Assembly (NCBI GenBank): GCA_000708835.1
Contig: DF236989.1
Span: 124,001 to 188,000, forward strand
Length of the DNA: 64,000 nucleotides
Reading direction: 5' to 3'
From: Klebsormidium nitens
Lineage: Eukaryota > Plantae > Klebsormidiophyceae
Shown here: positions 50,101-59,601 of the stretch, one piece after another
Layout of the letters: the number at the start of each line of letters is the position of its first letter
How positions within the stretch are numbered: position 1 is the first letter of the stretch
Notes under the pieces: generated by a model
Databases searched by the model: none
Seen by the model: only the letters and a program-made list of their open reading frames with translations
What the model was told of the DNA's origin: nothing
Program-made: the position numbers and the translations under genes

Positions 50101-53035
50101 AAACATACCTACGATATTCTGCACTATGACCTTCAGAAGACGCCCTGGCCATTGTCTGATCATCAAACCTGACTCGAAAGGCGGCTCACATTGGAGGCGC
50201 ACATAAAGCAGAGGTATGGTAAACCAGAAAATCCAGCACAAGGAAGGACCCGCTCGATAATCACCTGAGTGGTCGTTTACAGCGCCCCTTCCAAGTTGAA
50301 CGACCATGACAAAGACACATTTATATGGTATATGCCATTTTTGTTTCAAGTATTTCTTGGAGGATGCTTCAAAATCCCCCACTCTTTCTACAATCATAAC
50401 TGAAGATCCTTGACACTGCGCAGAACCTCTCATTTATTAACCTTCAAGGCGCCTAAGCACTCTCGTAGCACCCAGACCTCCAAAACCCCCTCTATAACCT
50501 TCCTCCATCTCTGAGACTTCCCCAAACCCCGCAAGGTTTCCAGTTAAATACCTCACTCCTCCTCCTGATCAAACCCTCAGAAAATCACCAGACGAGTCCA
50601 AATATCTTACCCGGCATGTGCAGCCCAAGGTGCCTTTCAGGGAGCACAAGCTCCGGAACCTTCGGGACGCCACCCAGCACTGTTGCGGTGACGTCAGCGG
50701 CCTCAACCGCATCCTTCAGCCACGTCGTGTGTGCATCGCTTCCCACCTGAAAAGGCGAGGCCGCAGCTTAGAATTGCCACCCTGATTGGCCCCCACTGAA
50801 ACAGACAGCTGGCAAACGCTTTGGTCGAGTGCCCCAGCACTGTCGAGTGCCCCGGCACCTCCTTTTGAGTTTTATTCCCCCAACAACTGACGGCTACTTA
50901 TCAGTGCAGCTCCTGGTTCTACTGATATATTGGCTCCAGCAAGGACGAGCTTCTCGACCAACGCTGCATTTACTGTCGTTTCTTCAAGCGCCCATCGTAC
51001 GCTGCTTTCTGCTCCCTTCTGAATTCGGAACCCAAAACCCTAATGGGGTGGACGACGCACTCAATCGCCGCCCTCCGGAATGCATGAGGCCCTGAATTCC
51101 TCTTTTCAGGGTAACTTGCATTGCGTTGCCCTGCTGCCAATCGCAACGTTCTGGAACGTACTGCCCAATCTCCAATCTAAAGATTCCCCAGCTCTCTCTT
51201 TGGCCCATATACTAGTCTAGCTTCCACTGGTTGTGCATTCAGTCCGCTCTGCTTGTTCAAAGTCCATTCAAACTCTGTCAGACACATTCTAAGAGTAATA
51301 TCAAACATTTTGTACCAGGCAACGAGCGCCCTTCTGCAACCGCAGCTCCTAAGAGTAATATCAAACATTTTGTACCAGGCAACGAGCGCCCTTCTGCAAC
51401 CGCAACTCATTCTGTCAAAGACAACATTTACAATATCGAATGCTTCCAATCTGACTTGAAAGCCTCCGCCAAATCGCCACCCAAGCTCAGGACTCGTGTG
51501 CCCGCAGCCCCAGATGCAGACAAGCTGCCCCTCACCTTGTTGAAAACCACGCCGGCGAAATCGAGTGCAGGGTCAAACGTCATGTAGCCGTGAATGATTG
51601 CCGCGGCGCTCCGCGCAAGCGCCCAGCAGTCCAGAACCAGCACGACCGGCGCGCCAATGATTTTTGCCATCTCAGCGGTACTCCCCGACTCCGTCTTCCC
51701 GTCCCGCCCGTCAAACAAACCCATGACGCCCTCCACAATGGCTATGTCTGTGTCCGGAACACACCGAGAAAAGCACGCAAGATTCGTTTCCCGGTCAAGC
51801 ATCCAGCCGTCGAGGTTCAATGAGTCGCGACCCGTTGCAGCCCTGTGGTGCATCGGGTCTAGGAAATCTGCGAAGCAACAGGTGGCAGAGGGGTTCAGTG
51901 CGGGCGACGACAGGTGTCAAATGACATGGTGTCAATGCAAGGGGCAACCGGTGTCAATGTGATTGCAACAGCTGTCAATGCAACCTGCGCATAAGATGCG
52001 GGCAGAAAGCTTGATGCTAGTGGTGACAGCTGTCAAACTCATGCCAGCTGTCCTCGAGGTGAGATATCAGGGCGACAGGTGTCAAGCATCTAAATGAGGA
52101 CGTGCTTGCAGCTATCGGCCGGCCAGTTCAAAGAAAAGCTGTTCCACAGAAGCATGAAAGAGGAGAACTAAAAGTCAGGTGGACGAGGGGCTTCACGACA
52201 AAATCCCTCAATTGGTGCAAAATTTAGACAAAAGCAGAGTTCCCTGAGCTTGAGCTCGCCACCGTGTGAAACCCTTTCTTCCCTCTTTGGGCAGATTGTT
52301 ATGTAAGATCTACAGCTAGCATTGACGATAACAAAGCTGCTCAACCATCACTTCAGGTCTGTCTCAAAGACAAGGGCCCGTGTTCAACGTGGTAAACTCA
52401 TGCAGAAAAGTAGACAGATGCAAAAGTGGTGGTCTTATTGAGCTGCACTGGGCACTTGGTGCATTCTTCTTGCAAGAATTAGACTTCCTTCCTCCAATGC
52501 AATCCAGATTTCCAGATCTACACTGCGAGCAGACCACAGCCAGCCTGTCATGCAAAATGACAATCTTCTGCTATGTCAGTTGTTTCCCAGCTGTAGCAAT
52601 AGCTATGCCAGTACACCCAGCTCCATCCTCAAACCAGACAGAGAGCTAGAGCCTCCCTTTCCCCAATTGCCTCGTTCGACTCCCTAGATACGCTCTCGAC
52701 CATTACCAACTTCAACCGTGCCGTAGCTTGCAAGTCTTCTTACCAGGCCCCACTTTGAACGGCTGCACACGCAGGCCCCTCCTCCGATAGGCGGCCATCA
52801 GCCCGACGGCAATTGACGTCTTCCCTACCCCACTCTGAGTCCCCCCAACAACGATTACTTTCATTGCGCCACGCCCCGGGCTCGCTGCCATGGAGATGAG
52901 TCGCTTATCCCCGGAATCCATCGAGTCCCTCGTCCCCAACTTTAACGACGGGTCCAGCCCCGGCATCTCTTCCGAGGCGCAAACTAGAGCCGCGGTGCAG
53001 GCCCTGCTGCTGGCTTCGAGGGCAATCGGAGCCAT
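41169..53035 (-). CDS. cbiA: Cobyrinate a,c-diamide synthase-like (CbiA/CobB amidoligase + GATase) fused to a BtuF/Fe-chelate-type substrate-binding domain (13 exons, ~1136 aa)
   Basis: Exons 53035-52744, 51867-51536, 50746-50611, 49734-49447, 49066-48768, 48384-48212, 47423-47251, 46866-46084, 45494-45361, 44301-44104, 43125-42892, 41938-41724 and 41322-41169 total 3411 nt, and all 12 GT-AG junctions are in phase. CbiA motifs: [76 protein letters not shown]. Binding-protein motifs: [70 protein letters not shown]. Confidence 0.92.
41950..42520 (-). repeat. Echo copies of the exon-12 acceptor and head, plus an acgtcagc/gctgacgt motif array
   Basis: Copies of gcagccgctc...ctcctggga...gagacgtcagc at ~42025-42110 and ~42145-42230, with a weaker one at ~42455-42510. 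Four CTRAC motifs lie at 41953-41995 on the minus strand. Confidence 0.8.
42735..44660 (-). repeat. Echo copies flanking exons 10 and 11 of the cbiA fusion gene
   Basis: Exon-11 tail copy at ~42735-42810 and head copies at ~43225-43290 and ~43380-43462. Exon-10 tail copies with donor at ~43557-43632, ~43714-43800 and ~43898-43985. Exon-10 head copies at ~44395-44430, ~44508-44545 and ~44630-44660. Confidence 0.9.
45035..45810 (-). repeat. Echo copies flanking exon 9 of the cbiA fusion gene
   Basis: Tail fragment tcgacctccttggagctcat at ~45037-45056. Head copies (aagtcgcacag..ccgagatgcctattagcc..tcgcctactcctgcaag) at ~45600-45665, with a weaker one at ~45765-45810. Confidence 0.85.
51289..51408. 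repeat. Near-perfect 60-bp tandem duplication in intron 2 of the cbiA fusion gene
   Basis: ctaagagtaatatcaaacattttgtaccaggcaacgagcgcccttctgcaaccgca(g/a)ctc occurs twice with a single mismatch. Confidence 0.95.
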
Positions 53036-53671
53036 AGCAGATGCAATTGCCGCATGGTCACAACCTGCACGCTGCAGGAACCTCTCCGTTCACCGTCGCC
53101 CACGAAACTAGTGGCACAGCCTGAGGATGCATGCTCCTACCTCCCTTGGCGCCATTTTCTGCCTACCGGTACTGACATTCTGCTTCTTCTTGAGAATATA
53201 ACAGTGAATTCACTATAATATCTTCCATAGACACATGTCCGACTCCCCGGGCCGGCATCTAGACTCTAGAACCAGGGCAGGTGTAGATTTGTGCCGCAAA
53301 TCTGACCGGTGGAATGTAATCGGACTGTCCGCCGCTCGTTCACAAAGTCAGGAGGTTCGGCCATCTTTTGTCCGAAATCATGATGATCATAGATTTCATT
53401 GTTCAACCTTCTTCTTCCATGATCAAGAATCTGCGAGATCTTCGACCATCGGATGTGTGGTGGCAGCGTCCAGGCTGGCATGCAAATCAAGCTGTCCACC
53501 AATGAGCGTGCAGCACGAGTTGTGGCTCAGCGGTCCTCGTTGCACGAGAAGTCCTCCGTTTGTGTCAGACGGGGCTGATCTGGTGCGGGCAAAACCGATT
53601 CTGTAGGTTCGATAGCCGTGGATGCAGATTTGCATAGATCGAAGCCGTACGACTCGATCACATGGTTACAG

Positions 53672-53775
53672 CCTGGGCCTGGGCCCTGGGCCTGGGCACC
53701 GGGCCCGGGTTTGCACATTGTGCCATTTGTGGATTGGATCTCGGGTCCCGGCCCCTGGGATGAAATTGGGCCGGG
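53672..53775. promoter_or_regulatory. Cluster of site II-like (TGGGCY/GGCCC) motifs upstream of the cbiA fusion gene
   Basis: cctgggcctgggccctgggcctgggcaccgggcccggg...cccggcccc...ttgggccgggc, about 640-740 bp upstream of the ATG at 53035. Confidence 0.4.
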
Positions 53776-54392
53776 CACGTACCTCAATCGACCGTTGCTT
53801 ACATCAAACCTACCGGTAACATTTCCTGTTCAAATTTGAAAATTGCAAGTACTCAGTGTTGGATAGGTATGTACAGCATATACGTCTGCGGGTAGCTTGC
53901 GGCATTGCGCCGGGCGCGTCATTCTAGGTACGTGTTGGTCTCAGGGAGGATCCTATATAGCTATAATAGACTAATAATGCCCGGGTACCTAACCTCAAAT
54001 CACATGCGCCCCAAGGTCACATATGGTCACCAGTATCGTGTTAATTGCACCGGCTTGAGGAGGATCGGGCCTGATTGATCAAGAGATTCACACGATATCC
54101 CGACCGGGCCCACAGCTAAATCATTCCTTTGCTGATTCAATTGCACAATCCACATATACTGAAGATCTGAGCATTCTGATTCGATCTATGGAGTTCAAAG
54201 TACGGTAGCTATGATCAAACGGCTACCACTGGATTCGGAATGTCACAGCCCACTGCTGCTATAATTTGAATGCATGCAATAATCATTTGGAAATTAAGCT
54301 GGCCAAGCTCCGACGCATGCAACTATTTATGAAATTGCTGCATGCGAGAATGCGATGTTGCAAGAGACGAGCAGATTTTGGTGGTCGCCGTA

Positions 54393-57300
54393 TCAAAGTT
54401 TGCTTTTGTCCTTTCCCTTTCGTTTATGCTCTTCAACAAAATTCCGAAACTCTTGTGACACTTCTTTGCCAGAAGTACCCTCCTGCGATTCCCCCTCTTT
54501 CGCTTTTCTCCTCTTCTTCTTCTTCGTTCCATTCCCCGCAGGCTCGTCCGCTTGACCTTCCTGAGGTTCTCTTACGGCAATAGGATCCTTTTCCTTCGGT
54601 AGGCCGTTCGTTACTGGTGTCTGCTCCGCCTTTTTCCTCTTCCGTTTGGATGCACTTTGGGTAGCATCTGCGGCCCCGTCAACGGCCTCCCTGCTTAAAC
54701 AAGCACCAAATATCTCATAGTGAAAATTGGGGGGAGAAGTCGATACTACTGTAGGAGCTTGCGCAGATCCGAAGGACTCGAAACCATATAAGCACACTGC
54801 CGATCACTGTGTAGATCGCATGTGCTTTCATGAATTAGCAGGCGCCGGGAGCCACGCAAACCTCAAAGGGCTTCTCGTGTCTATTCCGGCTGTGGGGGCG
54901 AAACAATCGGCCTTGCTCATGGAGTGTGAAACTGCTTACCTAGCTTCGGACAACGTGCGGGGACCGGTGCCGGGCAGCAGCAAAGAACCGGAGAGACTCA
55001 GGAAGTTGCCCTCGTCATGCACCCTGGCAAAGGTAAGATGAAATGTCTTTCAGGAAGTCCTCCATAAATCCGACAATGGGTAGTACGCTCTTTATCCGGT
55101 CGCCCAGGGCCTAGCGATGAGCGGATGCAGATACGCGAAACCAAAACGGTTGGGGCAGCGGTACCAGAGCAGGTTCGTTGGTCGCCTTCAAGCGGGTCGG
55201 GATACTCTCTGGAAAAAGATCATTGATGCGATAATGGTTTTTCAGATTGGATGTCGACTCGAAGCAGCGCTTGCTGTGCGCTTGGTCACAGAAGCACACG
55301 TCTATAGTACATGGCCATTGTAAACTGCATTCTGGTGCGCACAGAAAGTACAATCACTTTCTGCAGCAGCACACAGCAAGCTAAATACCGCTAGTCTTCG
55401 ACCGCAGAGCTCTTTAAGAAACGTTGAATCCTGCGATTGGGCTCCACGTCAGACGAGCGTTATTTCGGAACCCAAGCATTCAGAGAGTGGTATCCTAGAT
55501 CATGCAGCCCTCTCCATGGTTACCGAAGACCTTTGCGCGCAAAAATCTTCTCGGCGACTGCTGCATCGCTGGCAATCAGATCCCAACCGTGAAGTGCGTT
55601 CAAAGAAACAAAGGTGAGGACTCAAAGTCCAGCCATTCGGAAAGTCCGCCTGACCGTGCAGATACGCACCTGTCAACCGCAAAGTCAACCTCCGTCCCGA
55701 CCGCTATGCGTGAGCTGCCGTCGACCCATGCTGAGGCCTGCAGACGATCGAACGGTTAGTGTAAGTGAATCGGCTCTCTTAACCACTCTCAACTGTCTTT
55801 ACAGAAGGGAGCCAGGATAAACCGCCGCAATACACAAGAGAACCTGAAAGTCGAAGACGGTTTGGCCCAAATAACAATAAGTTTCAACGAGAGTGTTTGC
55901 GGAAGTAACGTCCTTAGACTTTGAAGACACAAATAGCCCTCAACAAGAGTGGTTGCGGCAGTATCGTCCTTCGGCCTTGAAGGAGCAAGACAGCCTTCGG
56001 AGGATGTTCGTCTGCGTTCCCCCGGACCGAAAAGGATGCTTCTGATTCGACGAAGCGATGAATGCAGCGGCCTCACAGCGGGTTTTCCCTATTCATGATT
56101 GGTTCAGACAGAAAGGCGTCTGTGAATCACGGAACCAACTGGTGTGCTCAGAAAATGAGTCAGAGGGTCTTCTCCAATAAACGGGTGAGTAAAAGACGTC
56201 CTTTTTCACTACTACGTCCGAGAAAGCCAAAGCTCGGCCGACTCACGTCTGGATCATACTGAAAGGCGTCCCCGATCTCGTCTGCACGGATGGAAGCATT
56301 GAAAGCGCCGAGCGCCAATAGACCAATGTGCGCAGGGCCGACTTTGTTGACGGAGCCAGCTGCCACAGAAAGGAGAGGCGTGAGCGACCCTGCCCAAGCG
56401 AAAAGGGACGGTGACGAACGAGCTAGAGAAACAAAAGGTAAGTGGGATCTGTGTGGAAGCAACCACAAAGATTTCAAAAGGACTCCGCCCCTCGCTTTGC
56501 AGGTGGTCCTACATCCTTTTCAGACTTTGCTAAGTCTGCTCGTCCGTTTTGAACCAGTCTTTGGCTCCACTTATGAAACAAACGAGATTTACAGGGATGA
56601 CGAAGACAAGGAAACCGAAAATGCTTTTGCGTCTCAAAAATCTGACGTTTCGGAGCCTTTTGCGGTTTTGCTGATGAGCAGAAAGGGGTCCTGGGCATCG
56701 ATATGTCAACACTGCTCGGCGCGGTTTGACTCTGCTTATGAAAAACTGACAGAACAAACAAAACAAAGACGCCCTGATCGAAAAGCGGATCTTGGTACCC
56801 TTATTGAAACCATTAGTCAGGGTCTAATCTATCCCCCGTCGGTAGGTCATCACGCCATCAGAAACTAATAAAAAGTTTTTCTCTCAACACCGGGCGCTCA
56901 CCTAGGACGTTCTGCGCAGCCGGCGCGAACACGAGCAGCCTGGCGGTCAGGTCGAGGTGGATGTACGGAGAAAGTGTTGTAAGGATGCGGCCTTTTCTTC
57001 CCAAGAGAACCACGTCCGAATATGCGAGAACGACTCCCCCAAATTCCTCATTATACCTGCCAACAAGAAGCAACCCTGTGATCGTCGCTTCTCCTTTGTT
57101 GAGAGAAATGGATTAGTCAGGCCTTGGGACGTTTAATGGGCGTGCCTACTTAGTAGGGCAACTAGCAAAATTGGCCGAAGCAGGAATTGTCTGTCGTCCG
57201 TACATCAGAGCAAAATGGTCCAGACCCTGAGCGTCAAGCAGAGGAGGCTATCCCCGGATCCAGACAAAGTTTGGACTGCCTTGAAAAGACCAAGTGGGGG

Positions 57301-58229
57301 CTGATGTGGTGACATAGGTAGGCTTGAGGGCCGCAGCGATCCAGAAATAAGTTGATTCGCTAGTGAAGGCAGGCCCTTTACGTTACGGCCGATGCATTAT
57401 GTGGCGCCAGAAAGGAATGGCATCATGTTATGGATTGGCCTACTTGGATGGAGTCAAGGGGCATACACACTTCGATTAGTAGGATAAAGAAATGCACCAG
57501 CCTGGACCTTCTGCCTAGAATGACCATTCTTTTAAAATGAAATAAGTAGGCCATGTCTCTTTGCAACAAGAGGAGCACCGACTGCAAGCGTGAAAGATTG
57601 CAGTCAATTGCAAAGTATGCTAGGGGCGCATGATGTGATGAGCAGGGTTACCAACCCAAATCAGGGTTTGATAAATGACCCTCACATTAGGGTTTACAAT
57701 GACCTGTATCGACTCTGAGGTCTGAGTGTAAGTGGTACTCTGCGCAACTGTCAAAGCAAGCGGCACTACCTTTGCTATCTCCAAAACAATCCTCCAAACA
57801 TCAAAGATGGTGCGCATTTCATAAAAAGACTGTATGATTGACTGCAAGCGTTCCTCGACCACCCTTCCATCGCCATACAAGATGGCAGGTTTCCAACTGG
57901 TGTCGAATACCTCCATAGAGCAATATTGCAAAAGAAGTTAGAACTTTAAGCACTGCTGGAAGCTCGGGTTTAGAGCACTTTCCTGCGGAATGGAAGGCCT
58001 GCAGGTTGTGGCAAACTTTCTGGCGCCACATTCTGAATTTCTCGCACCATTACCAGGACGCAGTGCTGAGCAGCATACTGCCTGCAGTCAGCATTGCGAC
58101 TTACCGCATCAGCAGGGTGTTCAAGTGCTCGCGCACCGCCACCTTGACGTCCTCCGCTTGCGAGGGGTGCATCTCGATGCGCAGCTTTGCCTGAACCTGC
58201 CGCAAATACGGCACTGCCAGAGAAGGCAT
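54393..58229 (-). CDS. RPA43: RNA polymerase I subunit RPA43 (6 exons, ~280 aa)
   Basis: Exons 58229-58105, 57056-56902, 56359-56247, 55737-55670, 55023-54940 and 54690-54393 are in phase. Motifs: LRIEMHPS..LNTLLMRYNEEFGGVVLAY, PYIHLDLTARLLVFAP, GSVNKVGPAHIGLLALGAFNASI, IAVGTEVDFAV, LSLSGSL. Lys-rich tail KRKRKK/KKKKRRK. Confidence 0.88.
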
Positions 58230-59601
58230 CCTTGCTTGCCACCAAGATGCTTGAGGCTTATGATATCCTGCACACTTGACTTCAATCGTATCACTTCTTT
58301 TCTACTGAATCACCTGGGGCACAAAGTTCCCATGTTTGTAAAACATAACCAAGTCAAACTTTTATGCGAAGAACTAGAACAAAGCTACAACACCTTGGAA
58401 GAGGTAGACACTGAAAGCCCCCGCCGACGGCTCCTCAGCATTTGGCCTTGTATCTGCAGAGACCAGCTCACATGAGAATCCACACAAGTGCGCCAGATTT
58501 TGTCCGAGACTCTAGAGCTGCAATGTTATACCAGCTGCCTCATTCGCAGAACTCCTATCTCGCGGTCAAGCAGTGCTCAGACTAGTCAGCTTGGGAACCG
58601 TCGATGTAGCCTGTAATAGCGTATCGAACGGCCACAAAGTTTGTTTCTTGCGTCGAGGGGCGTGCATCGGAAAGTCGACGTTTCCTGTTTCTCAAACTCC
58701 GAATACACATCTGCTGATCCTATTCTATGAGCGGAGAATGTAAACCACTGTGACGTACCGACGTACTTCCTCGCCCCAGAAGCATGACTTGAAGAAGAGC
58801 GACTCACTCTGCCCATCTAACTAGGTACCGGTAGCGTATGATGGACTTGGACCTTGTGTACTGACGCACACATATGCTGATCAACACTGCTAAGTGCGGG
58901 CTGCATCATGCACTACCTAGCTAGATATTCAATTTCGGCCGGCTATCCAGTCCCATCCCAACTAGTCTTATGAAGGAAAATGAGATGGAAAAGGGCGATC
59001 ATGAGGGCCAATTTCCAATCAGGGTCGCAAGTCACGATTGATGCAGTCCCCTTTCCTCCATGGAAGAGCCCTTCCGATATGTGAAGCCGCAATCAGATGG
59101 CAATGAGCTTGTGAATGCTGGCTTGCTGTCCGCTTTTGAAACGTTACAAATGAGTCAATCGTGTGATAGGTGTGCATGCACCGCAGAGAGCCTCGTTTTG
59201 AGATAGCTGAGTTGGAGAGGTCGTGGGTCATGCGCAAGAGAAAGGCATCGTAACCAGGATCAAGTACTGCAAAAGATTTTGAGTCTGCTTAATCCGTGAC
59301 TGCTAGTCTAGACCTACTTCAGAGGCAGTCGAGAAGCGTGGCATTGGGCAAGTCTTGAGGCACAGCAACAAGCCTTTGAAGTCTTGAAGGAGGCAATACA
59401 GACCGCTTCTATGCCACATTGATTGGCGGGCGGAATAAGTCAGAAGATCTGCTACTTGGGTTAGTGAGTCTCTCAGGGCGCCAGCGCTTAGAAGAGCAAT
59501 GCCACAAGGCGGCCGAAGATCAGGTTGCGCATAGGTATAGTATCTGCTTCTCTGAAGCGGGGCTGAAAGGGATCTACAGCCTAGCAACAGCGACAAGCAT
59601 C

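Noticed and set aside
41169-53035. cbiA/btuF region as bacterial contamination or an operon
   Set aside because: It is interrupted by 12 in-phase GT-AG introns with branch points and pyrimidine tracts, and it is embedded among eukaryotic genes.
37193-53035. Pirin and cbiA fusion as a metal-cofactor gene cluster
   Set aside because: The two genes are convergent and adjacency is the only link. The other neighbours (RPA43, PLK4) are unrelated.
57620-57931. 103-aa ORF inside RPA43 intron 1 as a nested gene or transposon remnant
   Set aside because: It has no recognisable domain, terminal repeats or supporting exons.
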